A stretch of DNA of 64,000 bases from Phyllobates terribilis. Lineage: Eukaryota. The stretch lies in contig NW_027362764.1 in the NCBI RefSeq assembly GCF_046119375.1, forward strand, positions 554,156,001-554,220,000, written 5' to 3'. The position numbers and the translations under genes were made by a program. Positions 63,698 to 64,000 of the stretch are shown piece after piece. The notes under the pieces were generated by a model. The model made no database searches. It was not told where the DNA came from and was given only the letters and a program-made list of their open reading frames with translations. Numbering within the stretch: position 1 is the first letter of the stretch; each line of letters opens with the position of its first letter.

Positions 63698-64000
63698 TTT
63701 TTTTTGTTTTTATTTGTGTTCCTCTCCCGCTGGTGTGCTACTCTCCTATTGGTGTGCTCCTCCCGGTGCTGTGCTGCTGCCGTGGTTCAGTGCTTCCTAA
63801 CTGCTCAACTTATGGACTGCTGCCCAGAATGTAAGAATTGTTGTGCTTTTTTTTTGTTTTTTGGGTTTTTATTTATTTTTTTCTTTGTCCACAGTTTATT
63901 ATACTATTGTTAAAAAGCTTTATTTTTTCCAATAGTGTTCCACTTGACTGCTGCCTGCATTTCAAACATGTCCTCCAGTGATGAGCTGCATCCTTTCCAG

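Overview
Eukaryotic, repeat-saturated DNA, most likely from an anuran amphibian (inferred from the repeat families, not proven). No host protein-coding gene is recognisable. The window is dominated by three members of one unusually large (~10.7-11.5 kb) hAT DNA-transposon family, each with imperfect TIRs (TAGAGATGAGC / TAGTGTTGAGC) and a perfect 8-bp TSD: 26-10747 (CTTACCAT), 22228-33724 (ATCATAAT) and 50417-61600 (CTGTTAAG). Copies 2 and 3 share the same layout: left end, ~110-bp VNTR, intronless 1233-aa BED-finger/DDE transposase, then a cargo block, then the right end. The cargo block holds a dead Tc1, an L1 RT fragment split by a solo LTR, and a ~270-bp 18S rRNA fragment, all antisense to the transposase. 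The whole composite has therefore transposed as one unit. Copy 1 has the same ends but an inverted, LTR-riddled transposase and different cargo (a Ngaro-type tyrosine-recombinase retroelement fragment with an SGNH hydrolase ORF). A ~3.98-kb tandem duplication (8504-16458) gives copy 1 a second left end. Copy 2 is nested in an older hAT relic. The rest is Tc1, L2, Gypsy, SINE and MITE debris plus simple repeats. Percent identities are by-eye estimates; none were computed.
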